Below, in pieces: positions 45,552-54,782 of a stretch of DNA of 64,000 bases. Each line of letters starts with the position of its first letter. The stretch's first letter is position 1. This DNA comes from an uncultured Thermoplasmata archaeon (GTDB taxonomy: Archaea; Thermoplasmatota; Thermoplasmata; Lutacidiplasmatales; UBA184), in the NCBI GenBank assembly GCA_963749195.1, contig CAVVLX010000007.1, forward strand, positions 68,329 through 132,328. The letters run 5' to 3'. The notes below the pieces were generated by a model. It was not told the origin of the DNA, did not search any database, and was given only the letters and a program-made list of their open reading frames with translations. Both the position numbers and the translations under genes were made by a program.

Positions 45552-45574
45552 TCCCTCGACATGGGGTAGGTTTC

Positions 45575-46126
45575 GTGAAGGTCGCGGCCTCCGTTCGGAT
45601 CGTCGACCTGCCGAAGGATGCTCGGGAACGCGCGATCCCCATCCTCCTCCAATCCTTTGTTGGAATCTATCGGTGGCACGCCAAGCGGACCCTGCGCGAT
45701 ATTGTTCGAGTCCGCGGAGCCTATCAGGGTGCCGATTTGGCGGGCATTTCCATGCTGGACCGGCTAGCTCCGGAGGTAGGATACGTGTACCATCTCGCGG
45801 TAGGCGAGGCGTTTCGAGGTCGGGGAGTGGGCGGCGCGCTTCTGGACGACGCCATCGAGCTCTTTCGGAGGGAAGGTGCGCGCATTCTCTACGGAGCGGC
45901 CGAGGAGGAGAATACTCCCTCCCTGACCCTCTTTCGGTCGCGGGGCTTCCGCGAGATCGAGCGAGAGGAACTCGGATTCCGCGAGGGAGGCCTAGGGGCG
46001 TGGGGCCTCCGAAGCCGCATGAGGTTGGTTCATGGGGAGGTGCTCATGGGTCGCGCGCTCGAGCCCCCCCGCGGGGAATCCACCTCCGAGCTCTCATCGC
46101 TCGACCGGAACCGCGACCCGACTTAA
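45575..46126 (+). CDS. GNAT-family N-acetyltransferase (RimI-like)
   Basis: YHLAVGEAFRGRGVGGALLDDAIELFRREGARILYGAAEEENTPSLTLFRSRGF is the acetyl-CoA binding motif A. The GTG start lies 24 nt after the tRNA. Confidence 0.85.
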   Translation: MKVAASVRIVDLPKDARERAIPILLQSFVGIYRWHAKRTLRDIVRVRGAYQGADLAGISMLDRLAPEVGYVYHLAVGEAFRGRGVGGALLDDAIELFRREGARILYGAAEEENTPSLTLFRSRGFREIEREELGFREGGLGAWGLRSRMRLVHGEVLMGRALEPPRGESTSELSSLDRNRDPT

Positions 46127-46149
46127 CTCGGGAGCCGAATCCTCGAAGA

Positions 46150-47235
46150 TCACGAACGACGCGCCAGGAGGATCCAGCCTCCAACCCCTGAAGTGAAGAG
46201 GGGGAGCGCTTCTTCCGGCACTCCGCTCTCCCGAGCATACTTCCCGAGGTCGGGTACGACGACACGGACCTCGGCGAATCCGGCCGCTTGGGCCATCTCG
46301 CGGACTTCCTCGGGCTCGTAAAAGTTGACGCGCGAGGCCACCGGCTCCGGCGCGGCCGGAGTCCCCCGGAGCTCTTTGGAAGACCCAAAGACGACCAGTC
46401 GCCCTCGCGGTGCGAGCGTTCGATGGATTTCCCTCAGCGTCTCGACCGGCTTCGGAAGAAATCCAAAGACTCCCGTAGAGACCGCGCAACTGAAGGTGGC
46501 ATCCGGGAGCGGCAGCCGGTCCGCTTCCGACTCGAGGAGTCTCAATCGACCGTCGACGACGGCGTCACGATTGGATTCCGCCGCCAGTCGAATCATCTCC
46601 GGGCTATGGTCGATCGCCGTCGCGCGGCAACCACTTTGCAAGGCGTCGTGGAGAAACGCCCCTCCTCCGCAGCCGACTTCGAGGAGATTGTCGTCCGAGG
46701 TAAGCGACAATTCTTTCAGGATGGCCATAAAATTCGGCCGATGGTAGGTCGGGTCTCGGTACACCTCCCGCGAACGATTCCCCGTGGGACGGCGGGCGAC
46801 CCGATCCGTGATCCAATTTCCGAGCCCGTCCGGCGCCCAAGCTCGGAAGAGCGGGGCAACGACCTGACTCGCGAACCAGCCCGTCCGCTCTCCCCCGCCG
46901 TCTCCGAGAACGCCGCCCCACCCGCGATGTTCGAGAATGACTTCCGTGCCGCTTTCCGTGGGCAGAAACCGGAGTTCGACTTCCGTGACCTCTCCCGGTT
47001 TCCACGGCGCCGAGTGCCACTCGAGTCGAACCCGACGGCCGGGTTCCCACTCCACCACTCGTCCGATCTCGGCCGACTCGGTTCTCGTCCGTAACACCCC
47101 ATTTTTTCCTCCCTCGAAGGTCATTCCGAGGTCCGCTAAGGCGAGTTCAAGCTCGTGAGTGAGCGTCTCAAACGCGGCCTTCGGAGGAAGCGCAAGCTCG
47201 ATCTTGGTCTCCAGCGATGTCCGCGTCTCGCTCAT
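46150..47235 (-). CDS. Fusion protein: SRPBCC (Aha1/START-like) domain + class-I SAM-dependent methyltransferase
   Basis: Track ORF trimmed to ATG 47235 (MSETRTSLETKIELALPP...). The N-terminal ~150 aa look SRPBCC-like (VEWEPGRRVRLEWHS...EVELRF.PT..GTEVILEH.GW). The C-terminal half has SAM motif I LLEVGCGGGAF and a post-I acidic residue. Confidence 0.75.
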   Translation of the reverse strand: MSETRTSLETKIELALPPKAAFETLTHELELALADLGMTFEGGKNGVLRTRTESAEIGRVVEWEPGRRVRLEWHSAPWKPGEVTEVELRFLPTESGTEVILEHRGWGGVLGDGGGERTGWFASQVVAPLFRAWAPDGLGNWITDRVARRPTGNRSREVYRDPTYHRPNFMAILKELSLTSDDNLLEVGCGGGAFLHDALQSGCRATAIDHSPEMIRLAAESNRDAVVDGRLRLLESEADRLPLPDATFSCAVSTGVFGFLPKPVETLREIHRTLAPRGRLVVFGSSKELRGTPAAPEPVASRVNFYEPEEVREMAQAAGFAEVRVVVPDLGKYARESGVPEEALPLFTSGVGGWILLARRS

Positions 47236-47374
47236 CCTCGGCGTCACTCCGCGAAGGTGACTGCCGAGGAGGTTTAGGGTACGTCCCGGGAGGAGCAGGC
47301 CGAAGCCATGGGACAACCTCATACCCACTTCTCCGTGAGAGGTCTTCGAAGGACTGGGCGACCTGTCGATCGAT

Positions 47375-48976
47375 GTGCAAGGCCCCGCGGTGACGGGGAG
47401 GGGACCGGCGGCCGTCGAAACCGCAAAGGAGGCTACCCGGCGGACCGGCCTTCGGCGCCCGGAACTCGCGGGATTGGTGGTGGGCGGGATTCTCCTCTGT
47501 CTGCTGATGGGGGCCCTGGACAACTTCGTCGTTCTGACGGCGCTTTCCCAGATTCTGGGCAGCCTGCACTCGCCGCCCGGAGGTCAATCGTTCATCATCA
47601 GCGCCTATCTGATCACGTCGACGGTCGCCGTTCCGATCTTCGCCAAGCTTTCCGATATCTTCGATCGGAAGAAGGTGTTTCTGGCGGGCCTTTTCGTGTT
47701 TGTCGCGGGCTCGATCCTTTCCGGGGTCAGTCAGACGTTTGACGAGCTCGTCATCTTTCGAGCGATTCAAGGGTTCGGCGCGGGCGATTTCTTTCCGGTG
47801 GGTCTCGCCATCGTGGCGGTCATCTTCCCACCCGATACTCGGGCCCGAGTCACGGGCCTCCTCTCCGGCGTGTTCGGTATCGCCACGGTCGCGGGGCCGT
47901 TTCTGGGCGCGTTCATCGTCGACAATACCACCTGGCGATGGGTGTTCTACGTAAACATTCCCATCGGACTCCTGGGCCTCGCGATCCTGCTCATCGCCCT
48001 CGGTCCTATTCGCCCGGAGAAACAGGGGAAGTTCGACGTCGTCGGAGCGACCCTCCTCTCCGGTTGGGTCGGGGCGCTCATGTTTGCGCTGGTGCAATTG
48101 TCGTTCGGCGGCTGGGCGTGGAGCGACCCTCGGGTCCTCGGACTGCTGGTCAGCGCCGTGGTACTGGTCGGCGCCTTCACCGTGTGGGAACTTCGGTTTG
48201 ACGACCCGCTGGTCCCGCTGCGGTTACTCTCGCGTCGCGTGGTCGCGTCGTGTGGATCGACCACGTACCTCGTCGGGATGGTCGTATTTCCGCTCGCGAC
48301 GTTCCTAACCCTTTTCATCACGTACGTGACCTTGAACGGGGTGGGTAACCCTGCGAACACGGTTCGGGATGTCCTCTACTTCCTCGTGATTCCGCTGGTA
48401 ATCGGCGCGGCGCTCGGAGGGAATCTGATCACCCGGATCTCCTACCGACCCGTCGTGGTCTTCGGTGTGGCGATCGCGTGCATCGGACTCTATCTGCTGA
48501 CCCTCCTGTCGGCCTCCACGCCCGTTTGGACCTTCGCTTACGGGTTCCTTCCGGTCGGTGGCGTGGTGGCGCCCTTGATCCCAATCGGATTTGGCGTGGG
48601 ACTGACGTTTCCGGTATTCTTGATCGCGGTTCAAAATCAGGTGCCCGAAGCCGAGGTCGGCGCGGCCACCGGCCTCGTGCAGTTTCTTCAATCCCTGGGC
48701 GGCGCGATCGGCTTGACCTTACTGAATTCCGTCCAACAACTCCGATTTCAAGCGTTGCAGCCCTCGCTCCCGGCGGGAGGATGCGCGCCGTCGCCCACCC
48801 CCTCGGGGGCGTGCGTCGCCTATTTCCAAGCGTCGCAAACGGCGTTGGCTCAATCGTACGATCAGATCTTTACGATCATGTTCGGCCTCCTGCTCGTCGC
48901 CTTGCTGTTCTCGCTGCTGCTGCAGGGTCGGCTCCCCCGTGGATCGAAACCGGGGATTGGCGCCGTCGGAGGATAA
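47375..48976 (+). CDS. MFS transporter, DHA2 (14-TMS drug:H+ antiporter) type
   Basis: MGALDNFVVLTALSQI, LSDIFDRKKVFLAGL and IFRAIQGFGAG are typical EmrB/QacA-family motifs. About 14 hydrophobic segments. Confidence 0.88.
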   Translation: MQGPAVTGRGPAAVETAKEATRRTGLRRPELAGLVVGGILLCLLMGALDNFVVLTALSQILGSLHSPPGGQSFIISAYLITSTVAVPIFAKLSDIFDRKKVFLAGLFVFVAGSILSGVSQTFDELVIFRAIQGFGAGDFFPVGLAIVAVIFPPDTRARVTGLLSGVFGIATVAGPFLGAFIVDNTTWRWVFYVNIPIGLLGLAILLIALGPIRPEKQGKFDVVGATLLSGWVGALMFALVQLSFGGWAWSDPRVLGLLVSAVVLVGAFTVWELRFDDPLVPLRLLSRRVVASCGSTTYLVGMVVFPLATFLTLFITYVTLNGVGNPANTVRDVLYFLVIPLVIGAALGGNLITRISYRPVVVFGVAIACIGLYLLTLLSASTPVWTFAYGFLPVGGVVAPLIPIGFGVGLTFPVFLIAVQNQVPEAEVGAATGLVQFLQSLGGAIGLTLLNSVQQLRFQALQPSLPAGGCAPSPTPSGACVAYFQASQTALAQSYDQIFTIMFGLLLVALLFSLLLQGRLPRGSKPGIGAVGG

Positions 48977-49006
48977 CGCGTGACCCGCGAATCGGATGGA
49001 ATCCCG

Positions 49007-49597
49007 TCAGAGCCCGGCGGCCATCAGGGCGTTCATCGCCAGCGCCAGGGTCCGATCGGCCGTGCCGGAAGCGTCGATCCGTACCCACTTCGGTGGTTGG
49101 AACATCTGTTCGAATTTTCGTTTTACCTTATTCAGATAGGGCTCATCCTCAAAGGGGTCGAGTTCTCCGCGAGACTCCGCGCGTTTCATCGCCATATCGA
49201 TAGGCGCATCCAAGTAGAGGATCAGATCGGGATCCGCCGCGAGAGTGCGCTCGATCCGTTCGAGTTGTCGCCACGCCTCCTCGCTGAGTCCAGGATATTG
49301 GTACGCGAGGGTCGAGTAGAACGACCGATCTTGGATCACGACGTCACCGGACTCTAACGCTCGCTCTACCTCGGGGCGCAAAAGGCTCCGATCGACCGTC
49401 GAACAGAGCGCCGAGGCGAAGGAGTCGGTCATGGCGAGTCGGGCCGATTGTTCGCGTAGGAACTTGTCGCTCGGCTCCCGGAAGCTCGAGATCGAGTGGC
49501 CTCGCCCCAGGAGGGGCGGCACGAGCCGAGGACCGAGCTCGGTCTTCCCGGTACCGTCGATCCCTTCGATCACGACATAGGTTCCTCGTTCGCTCAC
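49007..49597 (-). CDS. tmk: dTMP (thymidylate) kinase
   Basis: YVVIEGIDGTGKTE P-loop and a DRSFYSTLAYQ-type region. GTG start. Confidence 0.88.
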   Translation of the reverse strand: MSERGTYVVIEGIDGTGKTELGPRLVPPLLGRGHSISSFREPSDKFLREQSARLAMTDSFASALCSTVDRSLLRPEVERALESGDVVIQDRSFYSTLAYQYPGLSEEAWRQLERIERTLAADPDLILYLDAPIDMAMKRAESRGELDPFEDEPYLNKVKRKFEQMFQPPKWVRIDASGTADRTLALAMNALMAAGL

Positions 49598-49830
49598 GAC
49601 CTTTCCTCCCGTTTGTCTTGGACTGGCGGCTCCGAATCCCTCAACGGTACTTTGCTTCCCTCATCCCCAGATTTCCGCCTATGAAATAAACCCTCAGGAG
49701 ACCTCCCCAGACCGACGGCGCCCCGTTTGAAGCGGCTTCGGCGAGTGGTCCCGAGTCTCGGGACGCCGCGGTCAATGCGGAGGCGACCTTCGTATCGTGA
49801 GGTTTATGGGCGAGGCGCGATACCGGGCCG

Positions 49831-50703
49831 ATGGCCCGCCTGCGTCGCGTGACGGTCCCGGGGGGACGGTCGTTTGAGTACGTTTCTCAAGGGAAAGGAC
49901 CCGCCACCCTGCTCGTGCATCCGGGAGGCCCGGGACTCACCTATCATTACCTTCGGGGATTGTTGAAACTCGCGAACGCGAACCTTCGAGTCGTGCTCTT
50001 CAACCCTCGGGGAGTCGGCCATAGCTGGACCCCGCGTCTTCCACGGGAATACACGATCCCGAAGATGGCGGCCGATGTCGAGGCGATCCGACGGGCGCTG
50101 CGAATCACCGAGCTCCACCTGCTAGGCTACTCCGCGGGGGGATTCGTGGCCCTCGAATATGCACACCGCTACGAACGCCGGTTGACCTCGTTGTCCCTCT
50201 GCGCGACGCTCGGGAGTGCGGAAGAGCTTCGACAGGCCAATCGGATGGTCTCCGCCGTGGCGTCGCCGCGACAGCGAGCCCGGCTCCGAGAGCTCACCAA
50301 GGCGAAGGCCTTCGCTTCGCGCGAGTACGAACAGCTGGTCGGGCACATGGAAGATCAGTTCAATTGGCGGTTTCTGAAAGAGCTCCCCCGGGATTGGAGG
50401 GCGACCAAGCACAACCCCAATGTGTACCGAGCCATGGTGAGCCGGAGCGGAGACGCCTTCGCCGTGGATGGGACGATGGCCCATTGGGATGGCCGTCGGT
50501 ACTACTCCAAGATCGAGGTTCCCGGATTGATCGTCGTGGGTCGGTACGACTATTGCCTCAATGCCTCGGTCGAGATGGCCGAGCGGATCGAGCCGGCGCA
50601 TCTGCGAGTCTTGCCGCGCAGTAGCCACATGGCCATCCTCGAGCAGCCGCGCGAATTTCTGGGCACGGTCCGGGAATTTCTGACGGACGTGACCGGGGAA
50701 TGA
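49831..50703 (+). CDS. Alpha/beta-fold hydrolase (proline iminopeptidase-like)
   Basis: LLVHPGGPG, nucleophile elbow LLGYSAGG, and a C-terminal SSHMAILEQP (catalytic His region). TATA-like TTTAT at 49803..49807. Confidence 0.82.
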   Translation: MARLRRVTVPGGRSFEYVSQGKGPATLLVHPGGPGLTYHYLRGLLKLANANLRVVLFNPRGVGHSWTPRLPREYTIPKMAADVEAIRRALRITELHLLGYSAGGFVALEYAHRYERRLTSLSLCATLGSAEELRQANRMVSAVASPRQRARLRELTKAKAFASREYEQLVGHMEDQFNWRFLKELPRDWRATKHNPNVYRAMVSRSGDAFAVDGTMAHWDGRRYYSKIEVPGLIVVGRYDYCLNASVEMAERIEPAHLRVLPRSSHMAILEQPREFLGTVREFLTDVTGE

Positions 50704-50801
50704 TCGGGGCGCGGACGAGCCCACCGCACCGGTAGGGCGGCACGAGCGGCCTAAGCCGTTCTAGTGAACGGTTACCGGAATCAGGCCCGACTCGGAGATC
50801 A

Positions 50802-51854
50802 CTAGCGCCCTTGGGGAACCCCAATCCACTTCTGCAGTTTCTGCATATTCGCGACGATCCCCAAGACCAGGATCGCGTCGCCCGGTTGGAACCGAAACGT
50901 TTCCGGTGGGTTGAGGACGGTCGTGAACTCGCCCGTGGAGGACGGGCGCGCATAGCCGATCACGATGCAGCCCGACGCGGATCGCACCAACTGCTCCGCT
51001 TCGGCGAGCGTTTGGTTCGACACGGGGGTGGTGGCCGTTAGGAGGAACTCCTCGATGTCCGCGCCCAAGGACGTCGACGTGAGGTCTTCCACCGCGTTCG
51101 CGACTTCGGGGCGAAACGCGGCGTCGGCGCAGAGTCGGCCGCCCATGTCGCCGGGGGAGGCGACGTAGGTTACCCCCGCCGACTGCAGGGTCTGCTTCAG
51201 CTCCGGGCGCGAGACCGAGACCACGATCCGGATCTGCGGGTTCAACGCGCGAACGTTGAGGGCGGCGATGAGGCTGGTCGTGTCGTCCTTCGTGCAGACA
51301 ATCACCGAATGCGCGGCCATGATGTTGACCCGCTTCAGGATCTCTTGCCCGCCGGGAGGCCCAAAGGTGGCGAAGATCTGCTTGTCGGTCGCGAGTGTTC
51401 GGACGTTCGCGACTTCGGTCGCCTCCTCGGTGACGATCGCCACCTTTTCCCCCTGAGCCAAGAGTTCTCGAACCGCCGCGCGACCGACGTCCGAGTAGCC
51501 AAGGACGATGATATGTTCGGAGAGATCGGTCCCGAGGGTTCCGAGTACCCGATGCTGAGAGGCTTCCGTCACCGTCGCACTGACCACCGTGATCAGGTAA
51601 CCCAACAGGAAAACTTGAGTGATGGCGACGCTGATCGTGAAATATTTCGCCAGCGGAATGGTGGGGACCACATCTCCGTAGCCGATGGTCGAAAGAGTGA
51701 TGATCGCCCAGTAGAAAGAGTTCAACAACGTGACCTGCGGTTCGATGAGATAGAACCCCACCGCCGCGAGGAGATAGACGCCGGTGAAGACGGCGATGAA
51801 CTTCCAGAGCCGAGTGAGGAGCAGAAGGGTGTAGCTGCGTCGCCAGGCCCGCAC
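50802..51854 (-). CDS. Potassium channel with RCK/TrkA domains
   Basis: Two TM segments plus a pore with selectivity filter TLSTIGYGD. These are followed by an RCK N-domain (HIIVLGYSDVGRA) and a TrkA-C-like domain. Confidence 0.9.
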   Translation of the reverse strand: MRAWRRSYTLLLLTRLWKFIAVFTGVYLLAAVGFYLIEPQVTLLNSFYWAIITLSTIGYGDVVPTIPLAKYFTISVAITQVFLLGYLITVVSATVTEASQHRVLGTLGTDLSEHIIVLGYSDVGRAAVRELLAQGEKVAIVTEEATEVANVRTLATDKQIFATFGPPGGQEILKRVNIMAAHSVIVCTKDDTTSLIAALNVRALNPQIRIVVSVSRPELKQTLQSAGVTYVASPGDMGGRLCADAAFRPEVANAVEDLTSTSLGADIEEFLLTATTPVSNQTLAEAEQLVRSASGCIVIGYARPSSTGEFTTVLNPPETFRFQPGDAILVLGIVANMQKLQKWIGVPQGR

Positions 51855-52064
51855 ACCGGCGGGACGGACATTCCCTCCAAATGGATTGTGCTCGGACCGG
51901 GAGATTAGGCCGGGAGCCCCGGGACCCCGAAGGCTCGGGTCAAGGCACGACTCTCTCAGGGGGTCGGGTACTCTTCCACGCTAACGACTCCCCGAAACGC
52001 ACGCGGTCGGATCGGCGGACGGGCCGAGCCTTGTCGCGCGCAAATGCTTAATACGACACCCTAA

Positions 52065-52337
52065 GTGAGCGACCCCTTGACGGCCGCAGCTTCATTGCCC
52101 GCGGCCCCGTTGGGTGCTCCAGTGAACGCACGGGTCGTGGGAACGCGACGGGGCTCCGATTCCTACACCCGATTCGAGCGGGCGCGCATCATTGGCGCCC
52201 GCGCGTTACAGGTTTCTCTCGGCGCTCCGATCCTGATCGACGTGCCCATGGACCTGATCGATCCGGTGGAGATCGCCGAGCGAGAGTTCGCGGCCGACCA
52301 AATCCCGATCACGGTCCGTCGGGGCCCCGGCCGCTAA
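52065..52337 (+). CDS. rpoK: DNA-directed RNA polymerase subunit K (Rpo6)
   Basis: [28 protein letters not shown]...[21 protein letters not shown] is the RpoK/omega core. The track start (GTG 52065) gives a ~30-aa N-terminal extension. The true start may be GTG 52122 or 52137. Confidence 0.88.
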   Translation: MSDPLTAAASLPAAPLGAPVNARVVGTRRGSDSYTRFERARIIGARALQVSLGAPILIDVPMDLIDPVEIAEREFAADQIPITVRRGPGR

Positions 52338-52342
52338 CTCGG

Positions 52343-53107
52343 TCAGAGCCCGGCGTCGTCCAACGCCTGGGCGCAATGACAGGTCGGCGGAGTCGCGAGG
52401 CGAGGCACGAGTCGCCCCAGGAGCGCTTGCATCCGCGAGACGTTTTGCTCCATCACGCGCCCGATCTCCCCCGCTTCGACGGGGCGCTCGGCCCACACGT
52501 CGTAATCGGTCACCATCGCGAGACACACATAGCAGAGGGCCCGTTCCCGGGCCAGCGTGACTTCGGGAACGAGCGTCATGCCGATGATATCAGCGAACGA
52601 CCGGAAGAACTTCGACTCTGCGCGGGTCGAAAAACGGGGACCTTCGACGCACACATAGGTTCGACCTTCTTCGAAGGGGCTCCCGAGCTCTCGACCGGCC
52701 TCCGCCGCGAGATGAGAGAGTTGCGGACAGAACGGGTCGGCGAGCGACACGTGGAAGACGCGTCCGCCGTCGTAGAACGTCGTCGGCCGTTGCTTCGTGA
52801 AATCCACGAACTGCTGCGGCAGGACAAATTGACCGGGGGCGAGTTCCTCTTTGAGGGAGCCTACCGAACTCACGGTGACGATCGCGTCGGCGCCGAGTTC
52901 GGCGAGGGCGGCGATATTGGCCCGATAATTCACCCGGTGGGGAGGGATCGTGTGCCCTCGACCGTGTCGCGGAAGGAAGAGCACGCGGATGCCATCGACC
53001 TTCGTCTCCTCGATCGGGCCGGAGGGCGCCCCCCAGGGGGTGCTCACGCGGTGGGTCGTTCGATCGGCGGCCTGGAACACGTCGGTGACGCCCGAACCTC
53101 CGATCAC
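52343..53107 (-). CDS. S-methyl-5'-thioadenosine phosphorylase
   Basis: IGGSGV...FLPRHGRGHTIPPHRVNYRANI.AL..LG...I...SVGSL...GMT..PE..LARE. The GTG start leaves only MIGGSG. The residues TIAV expected before it are encoded in-frame upstream, but no canonical start precedes them. Confidence 0.88.
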   Translation of the reverse strand: MIGGSGVTDVFQAADRTTHRVSTPWGAPSGPIEETKVDGIRVLFLPRHGRGHTIPPHRVNYRANIAALAELGADAIVTVSSVGSLKEELAPGQFVLPQQFVDFTKQRPTTFYDGGRVFHVSLADPFCPQLSHLAAEAGRELGSPFEEGRTYVCVEGPRFSTRAESKFFRSFADIIGMTLVPEVTLARERALCYVCLAMVTDYDVWAERPVEAGEIGRVMEQNVSRMQALLGRLVPRLATPPTCHCAQALDDAGL

Positions 53108-53133
53108 CGCGATCGTCGAGCGAGCCGCTACCG

Positions 53134-53811
53134 TCAGGGAGATCCCTCCGGTACCGGGGTCCCTGGCAAATGAACGCGGGCCAACAGCCGCGCCATCACG
53201 ATTTCGCCGCGCGTTCGCTCGACCAATGCGCGCGCCGTATCCTGCTTCGGCTTGAGCGGCACGATGGCGCGAGTCGTGTCGAATCGCATCAGGGTATGAT
53301 AGAGCCCTTCCATCGTCGCGAGGTACGTTTCGGCCTGCGACAAACGGTCGTGCGCGAGACTTTCCAAGGCGAGCCTTCGGACTTCGCCGACCAGATCTCC
53401 CAGCCCGAGCAGATACGACTCGGGTTCGACGCCGAGATCCGCCGGACCCGGGAGCCGCTCGTTATGGACGACGGCCCCCAGTAACGTGGCCTCGACGCCC
53501 TCTTGGAGGGCATCGAGGGCCAGGCCTTCGTCTCCTCGACCCTCTCGCCGCACCCAATCCGCGAGTTCGGTCATCACCGATCGGATCTCCGCGAGCTCGG
53601 CCGGAACCTTCGCGCCCTCCTGAAGGCGGATCATCGTTCCTTGGGAGAGTCGTCGAAGCTTTCGCGCGCGCTGGTACAGCTCCTCCCGTCGGAGCTCTCG
53701 CTGACGGAGGTGGGCCTCGATCCCCGCGACCACCGTTTCTGGGATCCGTCCCCGAACCGGATCCGTCGAACTACCGGAAGGGGGTGAACCGGACGTCATC
53801 GTCGCCTCCAT
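53134..53811 (-). CDS. Translin-family protein
   Basis: RREELYQRARKLRRLSQGTMIRLQEG...ESYLLGLGDLVGEVRRLALESL...MEGLYHTLMRFD fits archaeal translin. The start is uncertain (53811, 53799 or GTG 53733). The first two overlap the DUF357 gene. Confidence 0.75.
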   Translation of the reverse strand: MEATMTSGSPPSGSSTDPVRGRIPETVVAGIEAHLRQRELRREELYQRARKLRRLSQGTMIRLQEGAKVPAELAEIRSVMTELADWVRREGRGDEGLALDALQEGVEATLLGAVVHNERLPGPADLGVEPESYLLGLGDLVGEVRRLALESLAHDRLSQAETYLATMEGLYHTLMRFDTTRAIVPLKPKQDTARALVERTRGEIVMARLLARVHLPGTPVPEGSP

Positions 53812-54055
53812 CCAAGAGTCCCAAACGGACGCCGGCGTCTAGCCATCCGTGCGCGTAACTCGCCGCCGCGAGGGCGCGATCGCGATCCCCCTGGGCTTTG
53901 AAATGCTCGGCGTCGGCCAGATACGCGCGGGCCATTTGGAGGAAATCTTCTGAAGCTCCGACGAGGAACGACCGCGCCGGTGGGGCGGGTCGCACGCGGT
54001 CGAGCGCCTCGCGGGTGAGCGCGAGGTACTTCTCGAGAAGGGGAGGGGCACTCAT
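53771..54055 (-). CDS. DUF357-family protein (94 aa)
   Basis: ARAYLADAEHFKAQGDRDRALAAASYAHGWLDAGVRLGLL matches the DUF357 pattern as I remember it. Confidence 0.55.
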   Translation of the reverse strand: MSAPPLLEKYLALTREALDRVRPAPPARSFLVGASEDFLQMARAYLADAEHFKAQGDRDRALAAASYAHGWLDAGVRLGLLDGGDDDVRFTPFR

Positions 54056-54106
54056 CGGGGTAGGCCGACGAGCCGGAGGTCCGATATAACCCGACGGGCC
54101 GCCGAA

Positions 54107-54754
54107 TCATCCCTTCGGCACTTTCTCCCAGTCTTTGAGGAATCGGGCGAGTCCCAAATCGGTCAGCGGATGCAGGGCGAGCTTTTCCATCACGGAAAAC
54201 GGCATCGTGGCGATGTCCGCGCCGATCCGGGCCGCTTCGAGCACGTGCACCGGGTGTCGAACGCTCGCGACCAACACTTGCGTGGGAAAGCGATAATTTC
54301 GGTAGATCGTCACGATATCGCGCACGAGATCCATTCCGACGTCGCCCTGATCATCGAGTCGACCGATGAACGGGCTGACATACGCTGCGCCGACCTTGGC
54401 GGCCAAGAGGGCTTGATTGGCCGAGAAGACAAGGGTCATGTTGATGCTCGTTCCCTCGGAAGCGAGAATCTTCGTGGCTTTGAGCCCCGCGGGCGTCATC
54501 GGGACCTTCACGTAGATCGAGGGATGAATCGCGCGCAAGTGTCGACCTTCGGTGAGCATTCCTTCGGTTTGCGTGGCGACGACCTCGGCCGAGACGGAGG
54601 GAACGCCGAGGGCGCAGATCTCTCGCAGAACGTCTTCGAATTTTCGACCTTCCTTCGCGACGAGGCTGGGGTTCGTCGTCACGCCATCGAGAATCCCAAT
54701 GTCCCACATCGTGCGGATTTCGTTGACGCTCGCGGTGTCGAGAAACAACTTCAT
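54107..54754 (-). CDS. Transaldolase, short type (fructose-6-phosphate aldolase family)
   Basis: [13 protein letters not shown]...[10 protein letters not shown]...YVKVPMT (Schiff-base Lys)...ASVR..HV..A...GADI.T.P. Confidence 0.92.
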   Translation of the reverse strand: MKLFLDTASVNEIRTMWDIGILDGVTTNPSLVAKEGRKFEDVLREICALGVPSVSAEVVATQTEGMLTEGRHLRAIHPSIYVKVPMTPAGLKATKILASEGTSINMTLVFSANQALLAAKVGAAYVSPFIGRLDDQGDVGMDLVRDIVTIYRNYRFPTQVLVASVRHPVHVLEAARIGADIATMPFSVMEKLALHPLTDLGLARFLKDWEKVPKG

Positions 54755-54782
54755 CGAATCTTCCCTGCCTCCGCTCTACCGG

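Noticed and set aside
47168-48097. 309-aa ORF on the - strand
   Set aside because: It is antisense to the MFS transporter gene. The highly charged translation (R/D/E/G) is what one expects from the reverse complement of a hydrophobic-protein gene.
49598-49830. 233-nt divergent spacer between tmk and the hydrolase gene, and the 210-nt spacer at 51855..52064; screened for small genes or ncRNAs
   Set aside because: They contain only short ORFs (25-57 aa) with Arg/Gly-rich, non-conserved-looking translations. An imperfect hairpin (TCCCGAG-T-CTCGGGA, about 49749..49763) has too small a loop. Nothing is convincing.
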